Source: Fibrobacteria bacterium (GTDB taxonomy: Bacteria > Fibrobacterota > Chitinivibrionia > Chitinivibrionales > FEN-1185). Taken from it: 64,000 nucleotides of DNA. The stretch is taken from positions 32,001 to 96,000 of the forward strand of contig JBBIGR010000002.1 of the NCBI GenBank assembly GCA_037447435.1, given 5' to 3'. Positions 1-10,560 of the stretch are shown here, piece after piece. The translations under genes and the position numbers were made by a program. Position 1 is the first letter of the stretch, and every line of letters begins with the position of its first letter. The notes under the pieces are model-generated. The model saw only the letters and a program-made list of their open reading frames with translations. It was not told the origin of the DNA and did not search any database.

Positions 1-1
1 C

Positions 2-208
2 AAAACAAACACTGAATGGAAACATTTGATGCGAAAAACCCTGGGACAAACCCACGGTGTTCAGATGACGCCGAATCCGTATTTTGAAAAAAATAAACTT
101 GAGATTAAAATCACATTAACAAAAGGAGAACAAGCCAAACCGGTATTTGAAAATTTGGCCTCAATTCCTTCGGACACCTGGACTGCCCTGATATGTCCAA
201 TCGAATAG
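2..208 (+). CDS. 3' end of a hypothetical protein (truncated by window start)
   Basis: Frame open from position 2 (KTNTEWKHLMRKTLG...ICPIE*) to TAG at 208; no family recognised. Confidence 0.6.
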   Translation, partial: KTNTEWKHLMRKTLGQTHGVQMTPNPYFEKNKLEIKITLTKGEQAKPVFENLASIPSDTWTALICPIE

Positions 209-294
209 TTGTTTGTCGTGCAATCATTTATATTATTGGCGGTCTTTAGGCCGGTACGATATAATGATGTAATGCTCAGAAATGCTTGGTCATT

Positions 295-549
295 ATGAAA
301 CCTATAATTTCCTTTTTGCGCCAATACGGGTTTTTCCTGTTATTCACCGGTTTTTGCGTCACCGCTATCTTCATGTTGCTCTACGTAACCTGCATATATA
401 AAAATTTAAATATTGATTTGAGGAATTTCGCCTTTGAAGCCACGTTTATCGGGCTTGGGGTTGCGGCAATCGGCAGAATCGGCGTTTTTCTCGAAAATCG
501 CGCACAGAAGAAAGAATGGCTGTCGGACGACAAAAAGGACAAAGCGTGA
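295..549 (+). CDS. Small membrane protein (2 TM), hypothetical
   Basis: Two hydrophobic segments; ATG at 295; stop overlaps next GTG start (GTGA). Confidence 0.65.
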   Translation: MKPIISFLRQYGFFLLFTGFCVTAIFMLLYVTCIYKNLNIDLRNFAFEATFIGLGVAAIGRIGVFLENRAQKKEWLSDDKKDKA

Positions 550-1013
550 AAATCCAAGACATCCTGCAAAAAAACGGCATTCTTACAAATTTGGAGTCCA
601 CGAATAAAATCGAGATACTGACTCAAATGGGAAAGTATCTTGCAACGCTCAACGGTATTACCGATTTAGACCATATTGCCAGGAAAATACTGGACCGGGA
701 AGCCGAAATGTCTACCGGCATCGGTTATGGAATCGCAATCCCGCATGCACGAATCGAAGGAATCGACAAATTATATATGATTGCCGGAAGATCGGTAAAA
801 GGCATTGATTTTAATGCCATCGACGAACAACCGGTACATTTGATTTTCATGATGCTTTCCCCTGCAAACGCATCGAGCCAATATACGACCATTTTATCGT
901 CACTTTCGCGGGTCATGTCGTATGAAGAAATCCGCAACAGCCTGATCGAATCCGAAAACGCCGAAAGTTTCCTCGGAATAATAGCCGCCGGCGAGGACAA
1001 ATACGTCGGGTAA
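546..1013 (+). CDS. PTS IIA component (fructose/nitrogen-regulatory type)
   Basis: REAEMSTGIGYGIAIPHAR phospho-His motif; DFNAIDEQPVHLIF; GTG start at 546. Confidence 0.9.
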   Translation: MKIQDILQKNGILTNLESTNKIEILTQMGKYLATLNGITDLDHIARKILDREAEMSTGIGYGIAIPHARIEGIDKLYMIAGRSVKGIDFNAIDEQPVHLIFMMLSPANASSQYTTILSSLSRVMSYEEIRNSLIESENAESFLGIIAAGEDKYVG

Positions 1014-1042
1014 GTAGCATACCCCTTCAATTTTCAGAAAAG

Positions 1043-3181
1043 TTACACTCCGCTGAACTGCATTTTATACAGATCGTAATACATTCCCTGGCGGGCAAGA
1101 AGAGAGGCGTGATCGCCTTGTTCGACGATGCAGCCTTTATCCAATACTAAAATTTTGTTGGCATTTTGCACCGTAGACAATCGATGCGCGACGACGATCG
1201 AGGTACGGCCGGTGATAAGGCGCCGTATTGCGTCTTGAATGAGCTGCTCGGTTTCGGTATCGATATTCGACGTTGCCTCATCGAGCACCAATATCGACGG
1301 ATCGGCATACAATGCCCTTGCAAATGCGATAAGCTGACGTTCGCCTGCGGAAAATGTCGCACCCCGTTCCATGACCGGCTCTTCATCGCGCTTTGGAAGC
1401 CTTGAAATAAAGCCGTCAAGATGCGTAATTGCCGAAACATCTTTGAAGCGTTGTCGATCGAGGTCATTAAATAAAATGATGTTTTCGCGCAATGTCCGGG
1501 AAAACAGGAACACATCCTGCATGACCGTAGCGATGTTTTTGCGAAGCATTGAAAGCTCGATGGCGGAAATATCCACACCGTCTATGGTTATTTTACCCTT
1601 TTGTATGGGATAAAGTCGCGACAGTAAACTGATAATTGTCGTTTTTCCCGATCCGGTACCGCCGACAAGCGCGAGCATTTGATGCGGATTTACGGAAAAG
1701 GAAACGCCTTTTAGCACCCATTCGCCGGGAGCATAGCCGAACCAAACGTCATCAAATACTATTTCTCCCTGGAAACGATTAGCGGGTGCCTTACTACGGC
1801 CCGATGCCGCGCCGCCGGTTTCATATTCCTTGACACAATCGGCGTTAAAAACCGACATGACTTTCTCTCCTGCCGCAGTTGCGCTCTGCAAGGTGTCGAA
1901 TTTTTCCGACAAATCGCCGATGGGCTCGAAAAAACTGCCGACATAGGCTATGAACATGAGAACGACGCCGTACGAAAGCATATCCCCTAATAGCAGCCTG
2001 CATCCGAGAAAAATCACCGCCGCAATGGCAAACCACTTGCAAAAATCAATAAGCGGCCTGAAAATGGCGTATATGTACAGTTGCCTGATATTCGCCGCAT
2101 ACAATTCGTTATTGATCGTTGTGAATTTTTGGAATTGCTTGGCCTGTTGCACGAAAATTTGCACGATGCGGATGCCGGTTATGTTTTCATTCAGGAATGC
2201 ATTGAGATCCGCAAGCTTTGTCCGGATGGCGCGATATGCGTCGCGCGCTTTGATGCGGAAAAGCATGGTGACGACGACCAGCAACGGGAATGTGATTGCA
2301 ACGGCACATGCCAGGTAAATGTTGACAAAAAACATGATCCCGGTGATGCCTGCAAGGATGAGTATGTCCTGCACCAAGGTAATAAGCACCGACGAAAACA
2401 TTTCATTTAACGCTTCGATGTCGTTGCCGACTCTGTTGACCAACTTACCGATAGGGTTTTTATCGAAATAGGCAAGTTCGAGCGAAAGGACATGATTGAA
2501 CAGGTCCTTTCGCAAATCGCGCATCGAATATTGCGACAAGCGCATAAGCAGGACGATTTGCGCATAGGAAGCCAGAAATTGTATCGTGTAAAGGCTCAGC
2601 ATGAACAGTACCAAAAGCCCGACATGGCCGGAATCCGATTTTCGTATTTGCACAAGTTCTTTTACGGTAAAGCGGTGCAGCGCATTGTCCTTGATGCAAT
2701 ACAGGGAATCGCCGAAGGCTACGATATCGCCCGTCGTCGTACATAAACGGAATTTATTGCGGGCCGCATCATCAATGAACGACGGCGATTCCACGAGCGT
2801 GTACTTTTCCTTCGAAAACAAACCGACGGCCTTATATTCGCCAATTTGCTTTTTAGAGAAAAAACCCGCTTGCGATTGAAATAAGAAATAATTTCCTTGC
2901 CGAAGAGACACGGCCTTTTTCAGGCTTTTTTGCACGTCCTTGTCCCGGGGTAATTGCAGTTTCGAAACGTCGATCACATACCCTTGCTTAATAATATAAC
3001 GGTCGAAAATGATTTTGCCCAGAAGCGGCGCCGTGAGCGTCGCGGCCGTGATGACCACCACGCAGGCGACGGACAAAAACAGCAGTTTTTTATACCGCAA
3101 TACATAGCCGAACAGGATGCGCATGAGGTCTTTATTGAAAAGTTTCCCGTTGTCGTTTTCTTCCTCATGATACGGCGTCAT
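1043..3181 (-). CDS. ABC exporter, fused TMD-NBD (MdlB/YheH-like subunit)
   Basis: Walker A GGTGSGKT, degenerate signature FSAGERQ, Walker B LVLDE, H-loop AHRLST. Confidence 0.93.
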   Translation of the reverse strand: MTPYHEEENDNGKLFNKDLMRILFGYVLRYKKLLFLSVACVVVITAATLTAPLLGKIIFDRYIIKQGYVIDVSKLQLPRDKDVQKSLKKAVSLRQGNYFLFQSQAGFFSKKQIGEYKAVGLFSKEKYTLVESPSFIDDAARNKFRLCTTTGDIVAFGDSLYCIKDNALHRFTVKELVQIRKSDSGHVGLLVLFMLSLYTIQFLASYAQIVLLMRLSQYSMRDLRKDLFNHVLSLELAYFDKNPIGKLVNRVGNDIEALNEMFSSVLITLVQDILILAGITGIMFFVNIYLACAVAITFPLLVVVTMLFRIKARDAYRAIRTKLADLNAFLNENITGIRIVQIFVQQAKQFQKFTTINNELYAANIRQLYIYAIFRPLIDFCKWFAIAAVIFLGCRLLLGDMLSYGVVLMFIAYVGSFFEPIGDLSEKFDTLQSATAAGEKVMSVFNADCVKEYETGGAASGRSKAPANRFQGEIVFDDVWFGYAPGEWVLKGVSFSVNPHQMLALVGGTGSGKTTIISLLSRLYPIQKGKITIDGVDISAIELSMLRKNIATVMQDVFLFSRTLRENIILFNDLDRQRFKDVSAITHLDGFISRLPKRDEEPVMERGATFSAGERQLIAFARALYADPSILVLDEATSNIDTETEQLIQDAIRRLITGRTSIVVAHRLSTVQNANKILVLDKGCIVEQGDHASLLARQGMYYDLYKMQFSGV

Positions 3182-4965
3182 GGCACAACCTTTTCCTCGG
3201 ATAATTTTTGCAGATGAAAAAGCCTCGCGTAGAACCCTTCGGCTGCCGCAAGCTGTTCATGGGTGCCTTGCTCGATTATTTTTCCCTCGTCAAGAACGAC
3301 GATCCGGTCGCAATGCATGACCGTCGAAACTCGATGCGCGACGATGATCGACGTGATTCCTTTTGCCGCGGAAATAATCGATTTGAGAATTTTTTGTTCG
3401 GTTGCCGCATCGACACTCGAAAGTGCATCGTCGAGAACCAGTATTCTCGGCGCAATGAGAAGCGCGCGGGCTATTGCGATACGTTGTTTTTGCCCTCCCG
3501 AAAGCGTTATGCCGCGCTCGCCTATTTTAGTATCGTACCCGTTTACAAACCTGAGGATTTCATCGTGTATCGCCGCCAGTTTTGCAACGCGTTCTATAGC
3601 CTGCGGCATGCAATTTTCATCCATAGTACCAAACGCAATGTTGTTTGCAATGGTATCGGAAAACAAAAAGGAGTCTTGCGGCACATAGCCTATTGCACTT
3701 CGTAATGCGGACAACGGGATATCGTTAATATCGGCTTCGTCGATTCGAATCGAATTTTCGGCAATAGGAAACAAATGAAAAAGCAATGAAAGCAAGGTTG
3801 TTTTCCCGGACCCGGGCTTGCCCATTATCCCGCACGACGTACCTTGCTTGATATGTAAGGATACGTTCGAAATGATGTCGCGCCCGTCGGGTTCGTATCG
3901 GAATGTGCAACGGTCGAATCGAATGCTTCCGGCAATCGTACCGTTTTTTTGCGGTTTTATATCCGCTATTGCGGAAACATGCACGTCGGAACGGGTTTCC
4001 AAAAGCTCCATTATTCTCTTTGAAGACGCAATACCGCGCTGTAACATATTGAAGACCCAGCCTATCGCCATCATGGGCCAAACGAGAAGCCCTATATAAA
4101 ACGAGAACGACATGAATTTGCCCAAAGACAACGATCCGTGCAATACCGAAAGCCCGCCGAAATAAAACAAGAGCGAAACGGAAATACAAGCAAGAAAACT
4201 TATGATCGGAAAAAAGAAACCCCATAGTTTGACAAGTCCCATGTTTTTGTCCACATACTCGTCGCAGGCCTTGACAAAATCCTTAAGCTCCTGTTCTTCC
4301 TGGACAAAGCCTTTGATGACGCGTATACCGGAAAACGCTTCCTGACTTTTGGATGAAATGGTCCCGAATGACTCCTGTACATCCTTGAATTTAGACTGTA
4401 TCATCCCGCCGAATCGAAGCATGATGAAAACAATAAGGGGCATGGGCAAAATTGTTATCAATGTCAAGGGAACATCCGTGGTCAGCATGAAAACTATGGA
4501 CATGGAACCCATGAACAATGCATCGGTAAGACCGATAAGCCCCATGCCCGATGCCATGCGGATGGCATTAAGGTCATTGATGCAAAGGGCCATGATGTCG
4601 CCGGTTTTCGTTTTATTGAAATAGGAAAACGAAAGCGACATCAAATGCGAAAAAATGTCCTGGCGGATTTGCGTTTCAATTTTCCGTGAAGGCCCGACAA
4701 TGCATAAGCGCCAGAAAAACCTAAGGATCACCATGGCCGCAGCCAGGCCAAGGATTTTTAAAGCGTTTGCGAGTATTATTCCCTGCGTGAATTGGGATTC
4801 GGAAAGAAGATCTAGGGTTTTTTGGATAATTTTAGGAATAACGAGTTGGCATAAATCAACGGCAACGAGCAATAACATGCCGCACATAACCATGCCGGCA
4901 TGCTTTTTAAGGTATGAAAATAAAAAAACCAGAGCTTTTTTTGTGCTGACCGTATTGCGTTGCAT
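3178..4965 (-). CDS. ABC exporter, fused TMD-NBD (MdlA/YheI-like subunit)
   Basis: GKPGSGKT, LSGGQKQR, degenerate Walker B LVLDD; ATGA overlap with partner gene. Confidence 0.93.
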   Translation of the reverse strand: MQRNTVSTKKALVFLFSYLKKHAGMVMCGMLLLVAVDLCQLVIPKIIQKTLDLLSESQFTQGIILANALKILGLAAAMVILRFFWRLCIVGPSRKIETQIRQDIFSHLMSLSFSYFNKTKTGDIMALCINDLNAIRMASGMGLIGLTDALFMGSMSIVFMLTTDVPLTLITILPMPLIVFIMLRFGGMIQSKFKDVQESFGTISSKSQEAFSGIRVIKGFVQEEQELKDFVKACDEYVDKNMGLVKLWGFFFPIISFLACISVSLLFYFGGLSVLHGSLSLGKFMSFSFYIGLLVWPMMAIGWVFNMLQRGIASSKRIMELLETRSDVHVSAIADIKPQKNGTIAGSIRFDRCTFRYEPDGRDIISNVSLHIKQGTSCGIMGKPGSGKTTLLSLLFHLFPIAENSIRIDEADINDIPLSALRSAIGYVPQDSFLFSDTIANNIAFGTMDENCMPQAIERVAKLAAIHDEILRFVNGYDTKIGERGITLSGGQKQRIAIARALLIAPRILVLDDALSSVDAATEQKILKSIISAAKGITSIIVAHRVSTVMHCDRIVVLDEGKIIEQGTHEQLAAAEGFYARLFHLQKLSEEKVVP

Positions 4966-4996
4966 TACGATGAAAAATACTTGGAAGCCATTATCT

Positions 4997-5297
4997 TTTA
5001 ACAGAGGACTTAAAAAATAAAGATAGCGATCGCGACATCAAAAGCATAATCAACAGATCCAAAAAGCACTGAAACATATTCAAAAATCTCTGTAACAGAG
5101 GCTAAAAGATCATTAATAGAGATTTTTTAGAGCATTATGCCGTTGTTACTGACATAAATACCTCTGTTACATTCAATTTTCTATTTGAACATCAAAAAAC
5201 AGCTCTGTTACACTACTTTTTGACTTTAAAGCGGTTATTTTTTTTGTTTAAGGGACAAAAATCCTGCTACAAAGGGGGGGTGAAATCCTGTTACAGG
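4997..5297. repeat. Array of CTGT(T/A)ACAG-type motifs upstream of the ABC operon
   Basis: TAACAGAG 5000, CTCTGTAACAGAG 5088, CTCTGTTACA 5162 and 5203, AAATCCTGCTACA 5259, AAATCCTGTTACAGG 5283. Confidence 0.7.
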
Positions 5298-5377
5298 TTT
5301 TTTTTGGAGCGTGTCAGAATTTTTATGCAAACGGATTACTGCAAATACCTGCTTGATTCTGAAGAACTCGATGTCCC

Positions 5378-5911
5378 TTATTGCTTGAGCGGAGCAATAT
5401 AGAGAATTTTTTTAGCGGGTATATTATAAATTTCCATGACCGGACCTTTTATTTCACGTTTTTCTTTAACTAAAAATTCGGCCATTTTAGGATAAAATTT
5501 CATAGGTCCGGTCATTGGAGACAATACGGACCTAATGGGAAATTCGCCGATTAAGCATTCTGTTTTTATGAAAATTTCCGCAGCATAGGGAGCAGAAACC
5601 GAATCAAGAAATTTTTCGGTTATATAACCGCCTTGGCTCCGCAACTCATTCTGTTTTGTCGTATGAGGATTATCGAAATAAACTGCAAAACCCTGAGTCG
5701 GTGTTAACGAGCGCTTTTTTGTGAGGTATTGATAGACATCGTACAACACAAAGCGTACATCTTTATATGGACCCTTATGCTCCCGAAACACCAGGTTATA
5801 AGGGCCCATGGAATCGATGCGTACCTTTACCGTATCGAAAATCCCGGCAAAAAAGCATAGGCAAAGGAAAACCAGTGCGCTTGCACCGACGATGAGTCCA
5901 AGTATTCGCAT
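5378..5911 (-). CDS. GyrI-like small-molecule binding domain protein with N-terminal membrane anchor
   Basis: HKGPY, VYFDNP and MEIY motifs typical of the GyrI-like fold; hydrophobic N-terminus; 14 bp behind smc. Confidence 0.75.
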   Translation of the reverse strand: MRILGLIVGASALVFLCLCFFAGIFDTVKVRIDSMGPYNLVFREHKGPYKDVRFVLYDVYQYLTKKRSLTPTQGFAVYFDNPHTTKQNELRSQGGYITEKFLDSVSAPYAAEIFIKTECLIGEFPIRSVLSPMTGPMKFYPKMAEFLVKEKREIKGPVMEIYNIPAKKILYIAPLKQ

Positions 5912-5925
5912 GAATAAGGACCGGC

Positions 5926-8900
5926 CTAAGCCGCCTGCAAGGCGGCCTCTTCGAATTTCACCGAAACGATGGTCGATACGCCGCGTTCCATTTGGGTCAC
6001 GCCGTATAAAAGATCAGCTGCTTCCATCGTACGCTTATTATGCGTGACGACGATAAACTGCGTTTGTTCCGAGAACTTTTTAAGTATGTTCACGAAACGC
6101 CCGATGTTCGCATCATCGAGCGGCGCATCGAGTTCGTCGAGAATACAATAAGCCGAAGGCTTGACAAGATACAATGAAAACAACAACGAAATCGCGGTAA
6201 GCGCGCGTTCTCCGCCGGAAAGCAATCCGACGCCGCGCATTTTCTTTCCTGCCGGCCGGACATTGATGGTGATTGCCGCTTCAAGCGGGTCAACGTTTTC
6301 TTCAAGCGAAAGACATGCTTCTCCGCCCTCAAAAAGCGTGGTGAACATGGTGACGAAGTTTTTCTGTACCTGTTCGAACGTCAATACGAATTGAGTACGG
6401 GCCTCTTTATCGAGTTTTTTGATCGCTTTTTCCAAATCGTCTACGGCTGTTTGCAAATCGTCTCGCTGCATCGTCATTTCCTTGAGACGCGCGCTTTCCG
6501 TTTCGAACTCATTGAGCGCAGCCATATTCACATCGCCGAGCCTGCGAAGCCGTTCCTTGAACATATTGATGTTTTCGGCGACTGCCGCATCTTCTTCCGC
6601 AACGACCATTATATCGGAAGGCGGGGTTTCAAGGTCGACTTCATATGCCTGCCAAATCCGCTCGCGAATCCGTCGTTTTTCCTGTTCGTCGCGCGTTTGT
6701 TCCAATTCCAATCCGTGAATACGATTCGATAATTCTTCGACATCGCCGGATTCGGTTTTTAACGACTTGCGGATCTCATCGATTTCCAACAGAATCGCAC
6801 TGTATTTTTCTCGTTGATTGTCGCGTATGGATTCGAGTTGGGCGCGTTGCTCCGTTTGCAAAACAAGCTGCTGTTCTTTTGCACCGATGCCCGATTCCAA
6901 AGATTGGATTTCCGATTCGGCATTATGCTTTTCGATACTTACGGACTCTTTTTTCGCCGTAAAGTCGACGATATTTTTGCTGAGCCGTTCGATGTCCTGC
7001 TTTTCCTGATTTATACGGTTTGCAAGCCCCATCATTTCGAGTTCGATATTTTTAAGATGCTCCGCCATGCGGTTGCGTTCTTCTTGCGTCAGGGCAAGAC
7101 CGGTTCGCGATTGCTCGCCTTCGGTTTCGATCGCCAGGCGTTTCGCGCTCAGTTCTTCGCAGGCTTTCTCCGCTTCAACGATTCTTGTCTCGCAATCGGT
7201 GATGCGGTCGCGCGTTTTGGCAAGCTCGCCATGGATGTTTTGCATCGTCGCATCTATGGTCTTGCTTTCGTTTTCATAATGGCGTATCGTGGTTTCCTGT
7301 TCCTGCTGCATCTGGCGGCCGGCATTGAGTTTTTCATCCACCTCAACAAGTGCGAATTTCGCCTCATCGCGGTTGATGATGCAGATTTCCTTTTCATGCA
7401 CTATACGCTGATAATCGTTTTCAGAGCGTTCGATATCGACCGCAAGTTTTTCTATCTGTTGCTTGCGCTGCAGCAGACCCGCCTGTTGCTTTTTAGGAGT
7501 ACCTGCCAAGACGCATCCGTTTTGCAGGCATACGACCCCGTCGCGCGAGACGAATATGGAATCGGCATTGTCCGCCGAACGGCCGATCGCTTCATCGGAA
7601 GTCGCGGTGAGGTGCATGTTCGAAAACAGATAATCGGCAACGCAGGAATATTCGGACGCCGTTTGCACATAAGAACGGAGCTGTTCGGTACCGGGCATCG
7701 ATTGGTTTTTGAACGAAAGTTTCGACAGGCGCTGAAGCGAGACCATCCGCGCATAACCTGCTTTTTCGGTATTGAGATACGCGACCGCGGCTTTAAGGTC
7801 GGCGTCGGTTTTAAACACGACCGTTTGAATCGTTTGGCCGAGTACCCGTTCGACCAAACCGACAACAGCCTCATCGGGCACGCGGACAAGGTCTGCGACG
7901 ATTCCGACCGCACCGCTGGATTTGTTGGCGACCAACGCCTTTACACCCGCTTCGTATCCTTCGAACGATGCGTCCAAACCTTCCAAAAACGTCCGTTGCG
8001 ACTTGTACGAGTCAATTTGCGCTTCCAGGCGTTTTTCTTTTTCAATGAGGTTCTGATAATTTTCATCCTCTTTTTCGATACGCCCCAAAAGCACCTCGCG
8101 CGACGCGCTCAGGTTCTGATGCGCCTCATGCGCCGACGCGAGCTGCGCCTTGCAACGTTCCATTGCGTCGAAATATTCGTCGAGACGCGTTTGCAGGGTC
8201 TGCAATTGTTTTTCATCGCGGTCTTTACGCTCGATACTGTTGGAAAGATTGCTGCGCAGCGACGCTATGACGTTTTTCCGTTCGCCGATGGCATTGATGA
8301 TATTGATCTGTTCCGACGACAGCCGCTCCGCTTCTTTCCGGATGGCACCGACTTTTCCGTCTACCGAAGCAAGTTCGGCCTGGGCGCGCGCCACCTTTTC
8401 TTTGCATTGATCAAGCTCGGTCCCGTGTTCGATGATTCCTTTTTCGAGTTGGATTTTCAGGGTGGAGCTGTTCTCGATTTGCTCCTGTAAACCGGCTTGA
8501 TCCCGTTGGCAGCGGACCACGTTCTCCTTTTGAAACGCCAGACGCTCTTTACTGACCGAAACCTCGCGATCGAGCGTGATGATTTTCTCATTGGCCTCGG
8601 AAACGTTCCGCGAGGCGATTTCAAGCTCTTTCTCCTGCTCGAGCGCGGCCAGCTGCTTTTTTTCTATGCCCGCTTCGGAGGTTGCGACGCCGGCCTTGAT
8701 GCGCGTGCGGCGCTCTTCACTTTCGTCAATATCCTTTTTGCGCGCCAGCATGGCCTCGGCAAGCGTTGTAAAGCGGCGGTTTTCGAAGCCGACTTCCAAC
8801 GATTTAAGATCCGTAAAGTAGCGCTTGTACCGATTTGCTTTTTCGACATGACGCGCAAGCATGCGCACCTGCCGGTCGGCTTCCTGGGCCTTGTCGTTTA

Positions 8901-9471
8901 TGCGCAAAAGGTCTTGACGCGTTTTATCGAGCTGGCGCAAGCTTTCTTTTCTGCGTTCTTTATATTTTCCTATGCCTGCGGCTTCTTCGAACAGGGTGCG
9001 GCGTTCTTCCGCTTTATCGGAGAGAATCGTATTGATCATGGCGTTTTCGATGGTCGTATACGCCGAATTGCCCACGCCCGTATCGAGAAACATCGTATGA
9101 ATGTCGCGGAGCCTGCAGGGAACTCTATTTACCAAGTATTCGCTTTCACCGCTTCTGTAAATTCTTCTGGTTATCGCCACTTCGGCATAATCCGACGGCA
9201 ACAGTTTTTTATTATTCTCAATGGTAAGGGTGACTTCGGCCATATTCAGGGCCGAGCGTTTGGTCGAGCCGGAGAAAATCACGTCCTGCATATTGGATCC
9301 GCGAAGAACCGATGCACGCTGTTCGCCGAAAACCCAACGCACCGCATCGATGACATTGCTTTTTCCGCAACCGTTCGGTCCAATGACCGCAGTAACGCCT
9401 TCACCGAATTCTACTTCTGTTTTTTCCGCAAAAGATTTAAACCCGAATATCGAAAGCTTGCGCAAAATCAT
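5926..9471 (-). CDS. smc: Chromosome segregation protein SMC
   Basis: GFKSF, GPNGCGKSN, long coiled coils with hinge, LSGGE, LDELDAPLD; 1181 aa. Confidence 0.97.
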   Translation of the reverse strand: MILRKLSIFGFKSFAEKTEVEFGEGVTAVIGPNGCGKSNVIDAVRWVFGEQRASVLRGSNMQDVIFSGSTKRSALNMAEVTLTIENNKKLLPSDYAEVAITRRIYRSGESEYLVNRVPCRLRDIHTMFLDTGVGNSAYTTIENAMINTILSDKAEERRTLFEEAAGIGKYKERRKESLRQLDKTRQDLLRINDKAQEADRQVRMLARHVEKANRYKRYFTDLKSLEVGFENRRFTTLAEAMLARKKDIDESEERRTRIKAGVATSEAGIEKKQLAALEQEKELEIASRNVSEANEKIITLDREVSVSKERLAFQKENVVRCQRDQAGLQEQIENSSTLKIQLEKGIIEHGTELDQCKEKVARAQAELASVDGKVGAIRKEAERLSSEQINIINAIGERKNVIASLRSNLSNSIERKDRDEKQLQTLQTRLDEYFDAMERCKAQLASAHEAHQNLSASREVLLGRIEKEDENYQNLIEKEKRLEAQIDSYKSQRTFLEGLDASFEGYEAGVKALVANKSSGAVGIVADLVRVPDEAVVGLVERVLGQTIQTVVFKTDADLKAAVAYLNTEKAGYARMVSLQRLSKLSFKNQSMPGTEQLRSYVQTASEYSCVADYLFSNMHLTATSDEAIGRSADNADSIFVSRDGVVCLQNGCVLAGTPKKQQAGLLQRKQQIEKLAVDIERSENDYQRIVHEKEICIINRDEAKFALVEVDEKLNAGRQMQQEQETTIRHYENESKTIDATMQNIHGELAKTRDRITDCETRIVEAEKACEELSAKRLAIETEGEQSRTGLALTQEERNRMAEHLKNIELEMMGLANRINQEKQDIERLSKNIVDFTAKKESVSIEKHNAESEIQSLESGIGAKEQQLVLQTEQRAQLESIRDNQREKYSAILLEIDEIRKSLKTESGDVEELSNRIHGLELEQTRDEQEKRRIRERIWQAYEVDLETPPSDIMVVAEEDAAVAENINMFKERLRRLGDVNMAALNEFETESARLKEMTMQRDDLQTAVDDLEKAIKKLDKEARTQFVLTFEQVQKNFVTMFTTLFEGGEACLSLEENVDPLEAAITINVRPAGKKMRGVGLLSGGERALTAISLLFSLYLVKPSAYCILDELDAPLDDANIGRFVNILKKFSEQTQFIVVTHNKRTMEAADLLYGVTQMERGVSTIVSVKFEEAALQAA

Positions 9472-9660
9472 GGGTTATTATTCCCTCACTAGCAGGATGT
9501 TAATTAAAAAAAACATACTATTAATAGAAATAAGGGCTACAATAGATTGTCTTTAGTTTCAACTAAGATACAATATATGGGGGATATAGTCAATAGTAGA
9601 TTTAGCAGTTTCCGATAATATTTGGAAGGGTTTTTGCTCTTAAAAATTTATGCAAAAACA

Positions 9661-10488
9661 TCAACCTAACATGGTCTGGGTTTGTTTTTTATGTTCAAAT
9701 GCGGAAAAGGTATGAATTCCCTTTTTTTTCAGCGTATTTATAATTTGCGGAAATGCTTTTCCCACTAATTCCGGCGTATGGGCATCCGAGCCGATGGTAA
9801 TGGTCGCATCGTTTTCTTTTATTTGGGAAAGAAACATATCGTAAACGTCATAGGTTTGTCGATCGTCGATTTTAGACCACAAATACCCGTTTGCATTGAC
9901 TTCGAGATTAGAAAGATGTTTTGCCGAAAGTTTCGTTATTTTCGAAAGGTATTCGGCCATTTTTTCCTGCGGAATATCGGACCAGGCAACATAACGCCAT
10001 ATAAAATCGACATGGGCAATGGATTGGAAAATTCCGGATTCAATGGCGGATTCGATTGCAGCAAAATAAGTTTCATAAACTTTTTTTGCATCCACCTTGG
10101 CATATTGCGACAAATGACGCCATCCGACTGAAGGAAGACAATGAATCGACCCGAGCAAGAAATCAAATGGATAGGAGGCAACGATATCTTCGAGAATGGT
10201 TTCTGCCCCTTCGATATAGTCGACCTCAAGCCCGATTCGTATGGAAATGCGATCTTCATATGCCTCACGCAAATCCAAAAGTTCCGAGAAATACCGGGCA
10301 ACATCGCGCTCGGTCATACCCCAATCCCAATATCGCTTCTTTTGTATTTTGCTTAAATAATAACGACCGAGATGATCCGAAAAACCGATTTGGGAAAAGC
10401 CCAGTTTTATAGCAGTCTCGATATAGTCTATGGTCTTGCCTTGCGCATGGCCGCAGTAGGGAGTGTGTACGTGATAGTCGGCGAGCAA
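9661..10488 (-). CDS. PHP-family histidinol-phosphatase (HisJ-like)
   Basis: DYHVHT, SDH, GLEVDY, GSIH, GSDAH motifs; TTG start. Confidence 0.85.
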   Translation of the reverse strand: MLADYHVHTPYCGHAQGKTIDYIETAIKLGFSQIGFSDHLGRYYLSKIQKKRYWDWGMTERDVARYFSELLDLREAYEDRISIRIGLEVDYIEGAETILEDIVASYPFDFLLGSIHCLPSVGWRHLSQYAKVDAKKVYETYFAAIESAIESGIFQSIAHVDFIWRYVAWSDIPQEKMAEYLSKITKLSAKHLSNLEVNANGYLWSKIDDRQTYDVYDMFLSQIKENDATITIGSDAHTPELVGKAFPQIINTLKKKGIHTFSAFEHKKQTQTMLG

Positions 10489-10560
10489 GAAAACCTATTT
10501 TTCTGCTAAATGGAAGATGCTATGGATGATAAGATTTCGTTTTTTTATCGATATATGCTA

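Noticed and set aside
4997..5297. Repeat array as a CRISPR
   Set aside because: Units are 8-15 bp, in mixed orientation with irregular spacing, and no cas genes are present
6814..9492. Long plus-strand ORFs of 558 aa and 331 aa
   Set aside because: Antisense shadows of smc with no motifs; likewise 25685..26785, 27353..28240, 29618..32523 and 47463..49331
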